NCBI GenBank assembly: GCA_947305655.1
Contig: CAMZEA010000001.1
Span: forward strand, 62,211 to 126,210
Source of the DNA: an uncultured Candidatus Saccharibacteria bacterium
Lineage (GTDB): Bacteria; Patescibacteriota; Saccharimonadia; Saccharimonadales; Saccharimonadaceae
DNA length: 64,000 nt
Reading direction: 5' to 3'
The translations under genes were made by a program, and so were the position numbers. This document shows, in pieces, positions 17,621 through 25,812 of the stretch (positions are counted from its first letter, which is position 1; every line of letters starts with the position of its first letter). The notes beneath the pieces are model-generated. The model was given only the letters and a program-made list of their open reading frames with translations, was not told where the DNA came from and made no database searches.

Positions 17621-17647
17621 GCAGCTCTCGCGTCAATACCCCCCCCA

Positions 17648-17676
17648 TTGACTTTTTAAACCACTTGTGCTATAAT
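17648..17676 (+). promoter_or_regulatory. Promoter, TTGACT-N17-TGcTATAAT
   Basis: TTGACT at 17648-17653 and TATAAT at 17671-17676. Confidence 0.6.
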
Positions 17677-17739
17677 ATTATATTACGAGAGTACGCGAAA
17701 AAGCGGAAATTGAATAAATTACAAAGGTGGTGAATCAAT

Positions 17740-18330
17740 ATGATTGATTCGTACGGTAAGTTGCTTGGGGGGATTAAGCAGGCAGTTCGTGAGAAGGCCC
17801 TTACAGTCCCTAGATTTAAGGAAAAGAAGGAAGGTTGCATTCGTGTGACTTCCTGCCCGTTCTGCGAGGAGTCGAGCCGATGGCTTGGCGCTTCCGCTCC
17901 GTTTGATCCGGATGACATCCCTGATGTCGAGGATGCATATGTCATTCTTCCTGGCGGTTCTCGTGTTGCGAAATTCGAGAATGACGATGGAAGCATCGAC
18001 ATTGTCGATACGTATGCGATAACCGCAATGAAAATTGCGCAGTTATCTTATCTTCAGGACCAGGACGAGGGGTTGCTTTCGACGAATGATCCGTTTTTAG
18101 CTAAGGGCTTGGAGCCCGAAAACGGGTTTGCCAAATGGTGCGGTGCGCTTTGCTGCGAAATTAACTTTGCTGACGGCACGCCGTTTGCCTACATCTATGT
18201 GAGCGTTTCTGGCGCGAGCCAGGAAGAGGATCTCGCATGCGCAGCAGCCGCCATCGACGTTATCATGGAGTTCTTCTCTGACGAGGAGCAGCTCGCGGTA
18301 ATTGCTCCCGTTATTGACGGGACCACCTAA
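17740..18330 (+). CDS. Hypothetical protein (196 aa)
   Basis: AAAGGTGGTGA SD before the ATG. Contains CPFCEES. The C-terminal YIYVSVSGASQEEDLACAAAAIDVI weakly resembles the GlcG/DUF336 'GVSG..D..A' motif; that is my impression only. Confidence 0.7.
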   Translation: MIDSYGKLLGGIKQAVREKALTVPRFKEKKEGCIRVTSCPFCEESSRWLGASAPFDPDDIPDVEDAYVILPGGSRVAKFENDDGSIDIVDTYAITAMKIAQLSYLQDQDEGLLSTNDPFLAKGLEPENGFAKWCGALCCEINFADGTPFAYIYVSVSGASQEEDLACAAAAIDVIMEFFSDEEQLAVIAPVIDGTT

Positions 18331-18336
18331 AATGAA

Positions 18337-18363
18337 GGCTCTGGCTTAAAAACCAGAGCCTTT
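18337..18363 (+). terminator. Intrinsic terminator
   Basis: GGCTCTGG-cttaaaaa-CCAGAGCC followed by TTT. Confidence 0.7.
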
Positions 18364-18388
18364 CGCATGCTTCTGCTATAATGAGTAT

Positions 18389-18484
18389 ATGGAAGAAGCG
18401 GACGATAAAGATTTGGAATTATTGGATGCTGAACTCGCCGAGTCGGATCGCGACGATGGCGATATGCTTGCCTGTGGGGATTAG
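18389..18484 (+). CDS. Candidate leaderless small ORF encoding a 31-aa highly acidic peptide
   Basis: TGCTATAAT-N6-ATG at 18389. Peptide MEEADDKDLELLDAELAESDRDDGDMLACGD. A hairpin follows directly. The longer track ORF 18381..18572 starts inside the -10 box and reads through the terminator. Confidence 0.3.
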   Translation: MEEADDKDLELLDAELAESDRDDGDMLACGD

Positions 18485-18489
18485 CCGTC

Positions 18490-18525
18490 AAAAAGCCGGT
18501 CCTTTTTTATTGGAAAGGGCCGGCT
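18490..18525 (-). terminator. Intrinsic terminator for 18550..19023 (hairpin shared with the small plus-strand unit)
   Basis: Minus-sense AGCCGGCCC-loop-GGACCGGCT followed by TTTTT. Confidence 0.65.
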
Positions 18526-18549
18526 TCGTGTTTAAGAGTAGTTGCTTGC

Positions 18550-19023
18550 TTACTTTTCGTCTACCTCGATGATTGAAGTATTGAAGTTCTTCGAAATAGA
18601 TGCCAAGAACATATTCTCGATATCCATTTCGTCGATTCCCTGCTTCTTGATTGCTTCTTCGCGAGCAAATGCTATCTTGTAGTGTACCCTTCTCTGCTTC
18701 ATTGTGCCCATAATCGGGGTGAAGTTTTCGAGCGGGCGAACGGGATAGTCTTCCGTATAAGCATTCACGATTTCGCAACAGAGTTCGGGATTCTCCTGGA
18801 GCTTTTCGTAATCATTGCCGAGCTCTATCGACAACGAGATGTCGCCCTGCTCCGTGCCGCTCGTCAACGTTACCGAGATGTAAAAGCGCGGTTTTGCTGA
18901 GCTTCCGGACTCTTCTTTTGCCTGCTTCAGATTTTTTTCGACTACGCGACGGAAATCTGCTACTGCCCCCGCGAGCTGCTTGTGGGTGTCGTTATCGGCG
19001 CAACGCCATTCTGCCTTAAACAT
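18550..19023 (-). CDS. Hypothetical protein (157 aa)
   Basis: AAGGAGGAAA SD 7 nt before the ATG. Clean ORF with a terminator downstream. No motif recognised. Confidence 0.7.
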   Translation of the reverse strand: MFKAEWRCADNDTHKQLAGAVADFRRVVEKNLKQAKEESGSSAKPRFYISVTLTSGTEQGDISLSIELGNDYEKLQENPELCCEIVNAYTEDYPVRPLENFTPIMGTMKQRRVHYKIAFAREEAIKKQGIDEMDIENMFLASISKNFNTSIIEVDEK

Positions 19024-19155
19024 TATGTACTTTCCTCCTTAAGGAACAAATTTATCGCCAAATCGGCGACATTTGTTCCATTATGGCATAAAAGTATGAA
19101 AAAGTCAAGAAATGACGAGGCATAAAGATACCCCGTTTTCTCACGGGGATATCTG

Positions 19156-19755
19156 TTATTGTTCGTCGATGATTTTTGCTTTGACGGTCTTCGTGGCTTT
19201 GTAATTCATGACTCCGCTCGTCATATCTACAAAAGCGAAGATGATGAGCATGACGCCGAAAACCTGAAGGATAAGATCTGGGACGATGATTTTGCCGAAG
19301 ATACAGAGGGCGCCACAGGCAATGCCGATGACGGATAAGATGAGGGCGTTCTTGTAGTTTGGATTCCCGCTCTTTGCCTCGAGGGTGTCTTGCAGGCGGA
19401 AAATACCCTCGATAAGAAGGAATACGCCAACGATAATCGAAATCACCTCTTTGATGAAGCCGTTTTGGATGATGAGAAATGCGCCAGCGATGCCGAGGGC
19501 AATGGCTGTGATGAGCTTTGGTACTTCTTTTAGGTCGCGGTTTTCGACGCGCAGATACGCAATGAGATTATAGGCGGCGAGGACGACGAAGGTTGCGCCA
19601 ATAATAATGGAGATTAGGCTTGTTACTTTGTCTGCCCAAATGAGAAGCGCAATACCAAGCGCGAGCAAAATAACATTCATATAGATCGGCATTGAGAATT
19701 TGCGCACTTTTTTGGCGGCTTTTACCTCAATTTTGCGAACTGCTTTATCGGACAT
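19156..19755 (-). CDS. HdeD/DUF308-like multi-pass membrane protein
   Basis: Six regularly spaced hydrophobic helices with repeated G-rich helix pairs. TGCTATAAT promoter plus AAAGGGAG SD. Confidence 0.6.
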   Translation of the reverse strand: MSDKAVRKIEVKAAKKVRKFSMPIYMNVILLALGIALLIWADKVTSLISIIIGATFVVLAAYNLIAYLRVENRDLKEVPKLITAIALGIAGAFLIIQNGFIKEVISIIVGVFLLIEGIFRLQDTLEAKSGNPNYKNALILSVIGIACGALCIFGKIIVPDLILQVFGVMLIIFAFVDMTSGVMNYKATKTVKAKIIDEQ

Positions 19756-19806
19756 GATGTCTCCCTTTAATACTGCTTATATTATAGCAGATGTTATAAT
19801 AGGCAT

Positions 19807-20451
19807 ATGAAGAAAAAGGGGCTTGCCGAGGATAAATTGGGGCTAGTGCTACATATTATTGGCGCGGCTTTAGCGGTTCCGATTTTGGTGCTCTGCACGG
19901 TTCGTGGTGCAATTGAATATGGCGCGGCTGGCGTTTTGACCGGTCTTGCTTTTTCGGTCTCGATGTTGGTATTGTCCCTTTTTTCGGCGATTTATCATGG
20001 GCGTAAAATCAGGGGCAAGGAAGAAAATTTCTTCCGTGTGATGGACTTTTGTTCGGTGTTTTTCTTATCGGCAGGCGCCTATACGCCTATCGCTCTCATC
20101 TCGCTCATGAAAGTTGATCCAGCAATAGCATGGACGCTGTTTGGCGCAGTGTGGGCATTGGCTATTTGGGGGATTATTATGAACTTAATTGGTGCGGAAA
20201 AATATAAGGACCTCTCGATGGCCTGTTACATTGGTCTTGGTTGGTGTATTATTCTGTGCCTCCCGCGTATTATTGCTCTGCTCCCGCCAATCGGCACGAT
20301 TTTGATGTTTGTCGGCGCAGCGACATACACTGCGGCTGGGATGGTATTTGGTTTCGACCGCGGCTCTAAGCATGCGCATTCGATTTTCCATATTTTGTTG
20401 CTTGTCGGCAATATTAGCTATGGCCTCATGATTCTGTTGTGCGTTTTGTAG
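19807..20451 (+). CDS. Hemolysin III / PAQR-family channel protein
   Basis: Seven TMs with His motifs SAIYHG and HSIFHILLLVG. TGTTATAAT-N6-ATG. Confidence 0.85.
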   Translation: MKKKGLAEDKLGLVLHIIGAALAVPILVLCTVRGAIEYGAAGVLTGLAFSVSMLVLSLFSAIYHGRKIRGKEENFFRVMDFCSVFFLSAGAYTPIALISLMKVDPAIAWTLFGAVWALAIWGIIMNLIGAEKYKDLSMACYIGLGWCIILCLPRIIALLPPIGTILMFVGAATYTAAGMVFGFDRGSKHAHSIFHILLLVGNISYGLMILLCVL

Positions 20452-20537
20452 AACGTGCTAAAATAGTTTTATTCCTTCGGTTTGGGTGCTTCACAAACCG
20501 CGTTATTTATCATCCTAATTCTAAGGGGGAAAACATC

Positions 20538-20969
20538 ATGAAGAACGTCAGAAAATGTAAGATCACTGCACTGAGCAACAACGACGTAAATTCAGACGAG
20601 GTAATCGAATCGATGCTTACAAAAGCAGGCGTAGAAGAGTTCGTATTTGGTTATCCGGGATTTCATGTGTCTTGGTCGGTGGCGACAGTCGACGACGAGC
20701 TCTATGCTCGAAGGACTGTCGGCGCATCAATGGAAGGCGCAGTCGCTGATTATTATCGTTTCAGTCTCGAAGATCGCGAACGCATCTGTGAGCTATACGA
20801 TATGGTGGCGGCCGACGTGGCGAGCTACAACTTTAAAGGGTATTTAAGCCCCAAGGCGAAAGGGCTGCAAGGGTTGCTCGACGTCTTTGGGCGTAAATTC
20901 TCAAATTTCATGAGTCGCGTGATGGTATATTGCACGCACCCGCTAGTCGAGGAGGGTTATGGACATTAG
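20538..20969 (+). CDS. Hypothetical protein (143 aa)
   Basis: AAGGGGGA SD before ATG 20538 (MKNVRKCKI). The track extension to 20439 overlaps hlyIII and lacks an SD. Confidence 0.65.
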   Translation: MKNVRKCKITALSNNDVNSDEVIESMLTKAGVEEFVFGYPGFHVSWSVATVDDELYARRTVGASMEGAVADYYRFSLEDRERICELYDMVAADVASYNFKGYLSPKAKGLQGLLDVFGRKFSNFMSRVMVYCTHPLVEEGYGH

Positions 20970-20979
20970 GATGACTTAG

Positions 20980-21022
20980 CCCGGTCTAGTTTCTATCTTA
21001 GGAATTAGACCGGGCGCTTTTT
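20980..21022 (+). terminator. Intrinsic terminator
   Basis: CCCGGTCTA-17 nt-TAGACCGGG followed by CGCTTTTT. A second perfect 11-bp hairpin (GGAAGAAAGCG/CGCTTTCTTCC) lies at 21063-21090. Confidence 0.6.
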
Positions 21023-21101
21023 ATGCTTGCGTTTTTGGCGGCTTTATGATAACATAGGTGGTGGAAGAAAGCGCCCCCCCGCTTTCTTCCTTTATGTATG
21101 T

Positions 21102-21178
21102 GGGGCGTTAGCTCAGCTGATTAGAGCGCCTGCTTTGCAAGCAGGAGGTCGAGGGTTTGAATCCCTCACGCTCCACCA
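21102..21178 (+). tRNA. tRNA-Ala (anticodon UGC), CCA encoded
   Basis: Acceptor GGGGCGT/ACGCTCC with the G3:U70 Ala identity pair. Anticodon arm CCTGC-TT-TGC-AA-GCAGG. T-loop GGTTTGAATCC. Confidence 0.95.
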
Positions 21179-21191
21179 TTTTTATTGCCCT

Positions 21192-21223
21192 TAAAAATAA
21201 CCGCCAAGTGGCGGTTATTTATT
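21192..21223. terminator. Bidirectional terminator (tRNA-Ala and prmC)
   Basis: AAAAATAACCGCC-aagt-GGCGGTTATTTATTT. Confidence 0.65.
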
Positions 21224-21998
21224 TAGTTTTGCAAAAATATAGAATAAAGTTTTGGGCCTTCTTGAATGAAAAACCGTGCGTCTTGGCGTAGTTCTTTATT
21301 TGCTCGTGTTGTGATGGGTCTGCTTCGAGTAGAAGGCGGCACGGTACATTGATTTGGTCGATTAGACGATAAATCAGTTCAAGTCCTTCTTTTTGGGCAT
21401 AGAGCGCAAGCTCCGGCTCGTAGCGAAGACTATTTTTGTCGAGCCAGTTCCAGGTCTTGTCGACATATGGGAGATTTGCGATAATGAGTGGTTTTTCTGG
21501 CAAATCGACTCCGTCTAGCAGGTCACTTTTGCGGAAGTTCAGTTTTGCGCCGAGCTGTTTGGCATTTTTTTGAGCAACGCTTAGAGCGGAGTCGGAAATG
21601 TCGACGGCCGTTATTTCGGCTTTTGGGAGTTCGAGAGCTAATGTGATAGCGATGCAGCCGGAACCAGTTCCGACGTCTATGATGCTTTTCGGTTTTGCAG
21701 CTTTTGCAATCTCGATAATATCTTCGGTCTCTGGGCGCGGAATAAGGACTTCTGGCGTGACGATGAAGCGTCGGCCATAAAATTCTTTGTATCCGAGGAT
21801 GTATGCGAGCGGTTTACCGCGCATTCTGCTAGCAAGCATCGTGTCGCAGAGCTGCTCAATGTTATCTGGGAGCTCTTCGTCGTCGTTGGCTACTAGATAA
21901 CTGCGGTCGTTAGCCTTGAGGCAGTGCGTCAAAATCACTTCCGCATCGAGGCGATCAATATATTGCTTGCTTCTCTCTATCCACTCCGAGATAGTCAT
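21219..21998 (-). CDS. prmC: Release-factor glutamine N5-methyltransferase
   Basis: DVGTGSGCIAITLA SAM motif and IIANLPYV (NPPY-type motif). Confidence 0.9.
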   Translation of the reverse strand: MTISEWIERSKQYIDRLDAEVILTHCLKANDRSYLVANDDEELPDNIEQLCDTMLASRMRGKPLAYILGYKEFYGRRFIVTPEVLIPRPETEDIIEIAKAAKPKSIIDVGTGSGCIAITLALELPKAEITAVDISDSALSVAQKNAKQLGAKLNFRKSDLLDGVDLPEKPLIIANLPYVDKTWNWLDKNSLRYEPELALYAQKEGLELIYRLIDQINVPCRLLLEADPSQHEQIKNYAKTHGFSFKKAQNFILYFCKTK

Positions 21999-22003
21999 AG
22001 TGT

Positions 22004-23665
22004 TTAGGCCGCGTCACCAAGTTCTTGCTGTGCCGGTCGGTTCGGATTAACGAACATTGGGTTAGTCGGTTGCGGCATTGGGCGCTGCTCGAGCTCTGCG
22101 GCAAGATCTGCTTCGGTTCGCTTAATCCTCTCTGTGAGGTCGTTGATTTCTTTTCGAATCTTGCGTTGCTTGAAGCCGAAGAAGTCCTTTGTATTCTGGA
22201 GGCGATTATTAGCTTCCCAGAGGGCTTTTTTGTAGCTTTCGAGAAGTGCATTGTATCGAGCTACGCGTTCTTCGCTGTAGCCTTCTTTTTCGAGTTTGGC
22301 TTTTCTCTCATAGTCTTCGCGCATGACGTCGTTGACGATTTTATCTATATTATTTTTCTTCGGCTTGCCGCTTACTTCTGCGATTGCGATGGCTTGGCCG
22401 GCAATTTTCTTAAGCGCCTCTTTTGCTTGGTCTTCGGTTTCGAATCCGCCGATTTCGATTGTGCGAGCTTTTGGCTGGTTTTCGACTCCGGCTTTGCGGC
22501 GTTCTTCTTCCTCTTTTGCCCTCATATCTTTTTCGTAGGCTATTTCGACTGAACCCAGCGCGAGAGCGAGCTCTTCGTCACTCATCTCGTCGATCCTCGC
22601 TACATCTACGCCGGCTTTTTTGAGGTATTTTGCATATTTGCGGCTGCGCAAGTCGTGGCGGTTTTTCGCGATACGTTCTTCGTTGGTTAGCGTTTCGGCC
22701 GCTTGGTCTTGAGGGGCGGCTAGCTTTTCTTCAATTTTTTGCTTTAGGCTGTCGAGTTCTTCGTCGGAGTAATTTTCGATATCGGACGCCTTTACGCCAA
22801 GTTCGGCATAGAATTTAACTGCGCTTCTGCCGCGGACGAAACGAAGTGCTTCTTTGCGCTTTGCTTCCTTGTCTTCGTTATTTTCTGGGGCTTTTGGCGT
22901 TTGCGGTTCGGCGTCTCCGTGATTGACAATCGGCGTAATCTTGGCCCTCTTCGTTTTTAACTCTTCTGCTAGCTGTGAATACCTTTCGGAAATTGCCTGA
23001 ATCTTCGCGAGAGACTTACGCATTTCTGCGAGCGAATCATTAATAGACTCGCCATTTTCGGCGTTTTGCTCCTGAACGGTTTTGAGCTGCTCGGCGAACT
23101 GATTATGGCCATGACTAAAGACGGCGCCACCTTCGGCTGCTTCGATGCGCTTGGCCCAATCATTGGTGCTTTCGCCTGGTTTGCGCGGGTATTTATCGTG
23201 AAGGGCGCGTTTTTCTTTGTCGTCGAGAGTGCTCCATTTACTTCGATTCTGGCTGTCGCGGTATTCTTGGAGGGACGGAATCATTTTTTTGACGCGAGCA
23301 TTGTAATCTTCGAGGCTTTCGTTTTCTTCGCGAGGGGTTTCATCCATGATTCTTTGGGCTTCATGCTGCCATTTGAGGCGGATGCCGTAATCCGCAGAAC
23401 TTTCGCCTTTTTGGCGAGGATTGAGATCGAAATCGCTTTCGGTGCGTTCATGTTCGACGCCCTTATCGTCGATGCGGACATTCTTTTCGCCATCGAAGTT
23501 TGTAAGGTCAATGGTCTTTTCGGCGTCTTCGGTCGAAAAATCTACGTCTTGGAATTTGCTTGCCTGCTGTTCCAAAGCGGCCCAGACATTTTCCATCTCG
23601 GCTTGTTGTTTTTCGTCGAGATTTTCGAGCTCATTCTTAGGAGCCCCCTCGAGTCCCTCTTTCAT
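22004..23665 (-). CDS. Highly charged E/K-rich repeat-containing hypothetical protein (about 553 aa)
   Basis: Three P-R-x3-E-S-x2-D-[YW]-x2-R repeats and two [YF]-x3-G-V-x3-I-[ED]-x-[YM]-S-D-E-E-L repeats. Only 5 nt upstream of prmC. ATG 23665 preferred over TTG 23668. Confidence 0.7.
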   Translation of the reverse strand: MKEGLEGAPKNELENLDEKQQAEMENVWAALEQQASKFQDVDFSTEDAEKTIDLTNFDGEKNVRIDDKGVEHERTESDFDLNPRQKGESSADYGIRLKWQHEAQRIMDETPREENESLEDYNARVKKMIPSLQEYRDSQNRSKWSTLDDKEKRALHDKYPRKPGESTNDWAKRIEAAEGGAVFSHGHNQFAEQLKTVQEQNAENGESINDSLAEMRKSLAKIQAISERYSQLAEELKTKRAKITPIVNHGDAEPQTPKAPENNEDKEAKRKEALRFVRGRSAVKFYAELGVKASDIENYSDEELDSLKQKIEEKLAAPQDQAAETLTNEERIAKNRHDLRSRKYAKYLKKAGVDVARIDEMSDEELALALGSVEIAYEKDMRAKEEEERRKAGVENQPKARTIEIGGFETEDQAKEALKKIAGQAIAIAEVSGKPKKNNIDKIVNDVMREDYERKAKLEKEGYSEERVARYNALLESYKKALWEANNRLQNTKDFFGFKQRKIRKEINDLTERIKRTEADLAAELEQRPMPQPTNPMFVNPNRPAQQELGDAA

Positions 23666-23747
23666 CAAAATACCTCTCTTATGCTTATGTTTATCATAAC
23701 AAAAAGACCGCTTGAATACAAGCGGTGCTTTCTGTTTTTATTAGGGG

Positions 23748-25001
23748 TTATTTTTTCCAGCTTTTGCGTGGCTTGCTGAGCAAGTTTTTGAAATTGATTT
23801 TTGCGGTAAATTCAATCGCATTTTTGCGGAAGATATAAGAATCGAGTTTGACGACGAGGGCGCCGACAATTGCGATTTCTGCGAGCGCGACCCAGAACTC
23901 CCAAGCTTGGAGGTTGCCGAAGACGGCACGAAGCATGATTGCGATTGGGGCGCTTGGTGGGAAGTAGCTAAGGAAGTAGCTAAGCGCGGTCGGTTCAACC
24001 ATGAGGGCGCTAATGAAGAAGATTGGCAAGATAACCATGATGACCATGAAGCTCGAGTAAGAGTTCGCATCCTTTGCGGTTGGCGAGATGACGCCGACAA
24101 AGAGGCTCATTGCAGTGAAGAGGAAGTAGGAAACAATAAGGAATAGGAGATATTGGAGAATGCTCAAGACGTCTAGGCTGATATTGAAGTTGTCCGGGAA
24201 GATGCTTGCGCTCTGGGCGATTTTGTAAAGCGCGAGAACCGGCAGAACGAGCACGAGAAGCTGAATGATGCCCACTACCATGAGCGACACGACTTTGCCG
24301 AGCATGAGCTGAGCTGGTTTGAGGCTGGTGAGAATTAGCTCGCTAATGCGATTCTCTTTTTCCTCGACCATGGCGGCCGTGAGACGTTGGCCAAGCACGA
24401 TCATGAGGATATAGAAACAAGCGAGCCCGACGGCTGGTCCGATGATGGACTTAATGCGTTCGCCATTATCGATGACGTGGTCGTCCTTGTTGTCGTAGGT
24501 AGTCGTATCGTAGTCAATGGCGCCGGTAATGACGAGATAATCGATTTGGTCGACATTCTGAAGCGCGGTCATGTTGAGGATGGCGCGGATTGGTGAAGAA
24601 TAGTCGGAAATGAGGCTAGATTTTTCTGGCTTCGTGTAAATTTCGACTTTCTTTGATTCGGCGAAATTGTTCGGCAAATAGTAGAAGATGTCGTAGGTTT
24701 TGTTTTTGACCTTTTCGATACCTTCTTCTTTACTTGCGATGAGCTCAGCGCTCTGTCTTTCGCCCTTTCCGTTGACAAATTCCGGCGCTTTGATATAGCC
24801 CGATTCGTCATAAATTGCAAGTTTGCTGTCCGAAGTATCGGTTGCCGACGAAATAGTTTCCTCGGCGTTATACCCGACGAAGCCGGCGAACGCGATATAG
24901 AGCGCAAAGCCGACTGGGATGAGGATTGCGGCAATCCAGAAGCTAGGCTTCTTGAGGCTGCGGACGATTTCGAAACGGATGACTTCCAAAGTTTTGTTCA
25001 T
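23748..25001 (-). CDS. ABC-2-type permease (NatB-like)
   Basis: N-terminal TM, about 170-aa outer loop, C-terminal 5-6 TMs. Start set at ATG 25001, preceded by AAAGGAGGAGG. Confidence 0.8.
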   Translation of the reverse strand: MNKTLEVIRFEIVRSLKKPSFWIAAILIPVGFALYIAFAGFVGYNAEETISSATDTSDSKLAIYDESGYIKAPEFVNGKGERQSAELIASKEEGIEKVKNKTYDIFYYLPNNFAESKKVEIYTKPEKSSLISDYSSPIRAILNMTALQNVDQIDYLVITGAIDYDTTTYDNKDDHVIDNGERIKSIIGPAVGLACFYILMIVLGQRLTAAMVEEKENRISELILTSLKPAQLMLGKVVSLMVVGIIQLLVLVLPVLALYKIAQSASIFPDNFNISLDVLSILQYLLFLIVSYFLFTAMSLFVGVISPTAKDANSYSSFMVIMVILPIFFISALMVEPTALSYFLSYFPPSAPIAIMLRAVFGNLQAWEFWVALAEIAIVGALVVKLDSYIFRKNAIEFTAKINFKNLLSKPRKSWKK

Positions 25002-25002
25002 A

Positions 25003-25734
25003 TTATGCCTCCTCCTTTTCGCCATAAATGTCTACGAAGATTTGGTCGAGGGTCTTATTATTAAATTGTTTGCGGACGTCTTTGACGCTGCCGTAGGCAC
25101 GCGCAACGCCGTTCTTTAGGAGCAAAATATCGTCGCAGAGGCGTTCGACTTCGTCCATATAATGCGTGATCATGATGATGGTGCAGCCTTTCTTGTGCTG
25201 CTCTTCGATAATCTCCATGAGCAAGCGGCGGTTGACTGGATCGAAGCCTTTGGTCGGCTCGTCGAGAATCAGAAGCTCCGGGTCGTTCATGACGGTGATG
25301 CCGAGCTGAACTTTTTGCTGCATGCCCTGGGAAAGCTTGTTGATTTTGGTCTTTGCGAATTCTTCGAGGCCGACGCGCTTTAGGTAGTCCATAATCCAGG
25401 TTTTCGCATTCGTTAGGCCTTTTAGGCGCGCAAAATACATCATAACGTCGAAGACATTTTCTTTTTTGTAGAGGCCGCGTTCTTCTGGGAGATAGCCGAT
25501 TCGAACAGGGTCGCCCGGTTCAAATTGTTTGCCGTTAATATGTAGTGTGCCCTTGTCGGCAAAGTAGAGGCCGAGGAGCGTACGGATAGTTGTAGTTTTA
25601 CCGGAACCGTTACTGCCAAGAAGGCCAAAGATTTCGCCACGCTTTACGTTGAACGATAAATCTTTGATGACGGTTTTGCCGGCAAATGAGATTTTGAAGT
25701 GCTCGACTTCAATGATATTGTCTAATTTTGCCAT
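25003..25734 (-). CDS. ABC transporter ATP-binding protein (NatA-like)
   Basis: GSNGSGKTT, LSQGMQQKVQL, LILDEPTKGFD. Start set at ATG 25734 by TATAAT-N6-ATG. Confidence 0.9.
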   Translation of the reverse strand: MAKLDNIIEVEHFKISFAGKTVIKDLSFNVKRGEIFGLLGSNGSGKTTTIRTLLGLYFADKGTLHINGKQFEPGDPVRIGYLPEERGLYKKENVFDVMMYFARLKGLTNAKTWIMDYLKRVGLEEFAKTKINKLSQGMQQKVQLGITVMNDPELLILDEPTKGFDPVNRRLLMEIIEEQHKKGCTIIMITHYMDEVERLCDDILLLKNGVARAYGSVKDVRKQFNNKTLDQIFVDIYGEKEEA

Positions 25735-25812
25735 GCATATATTATAGCCCATAACAGAGAGTTTATCGAGCTTATGCTTCACTAATCCGGTTCGGACTGA
25801 CAGAATGGTGGC

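Noticed and set aside
18381-18572. 63-aa ORF from the track
   Set aside because: Its ATG lies inside the TATAAT box and it reads straight through a strong terminator hairpin. The 31-aa frame with leaderless geometry is the better, though still tentative, candidate.
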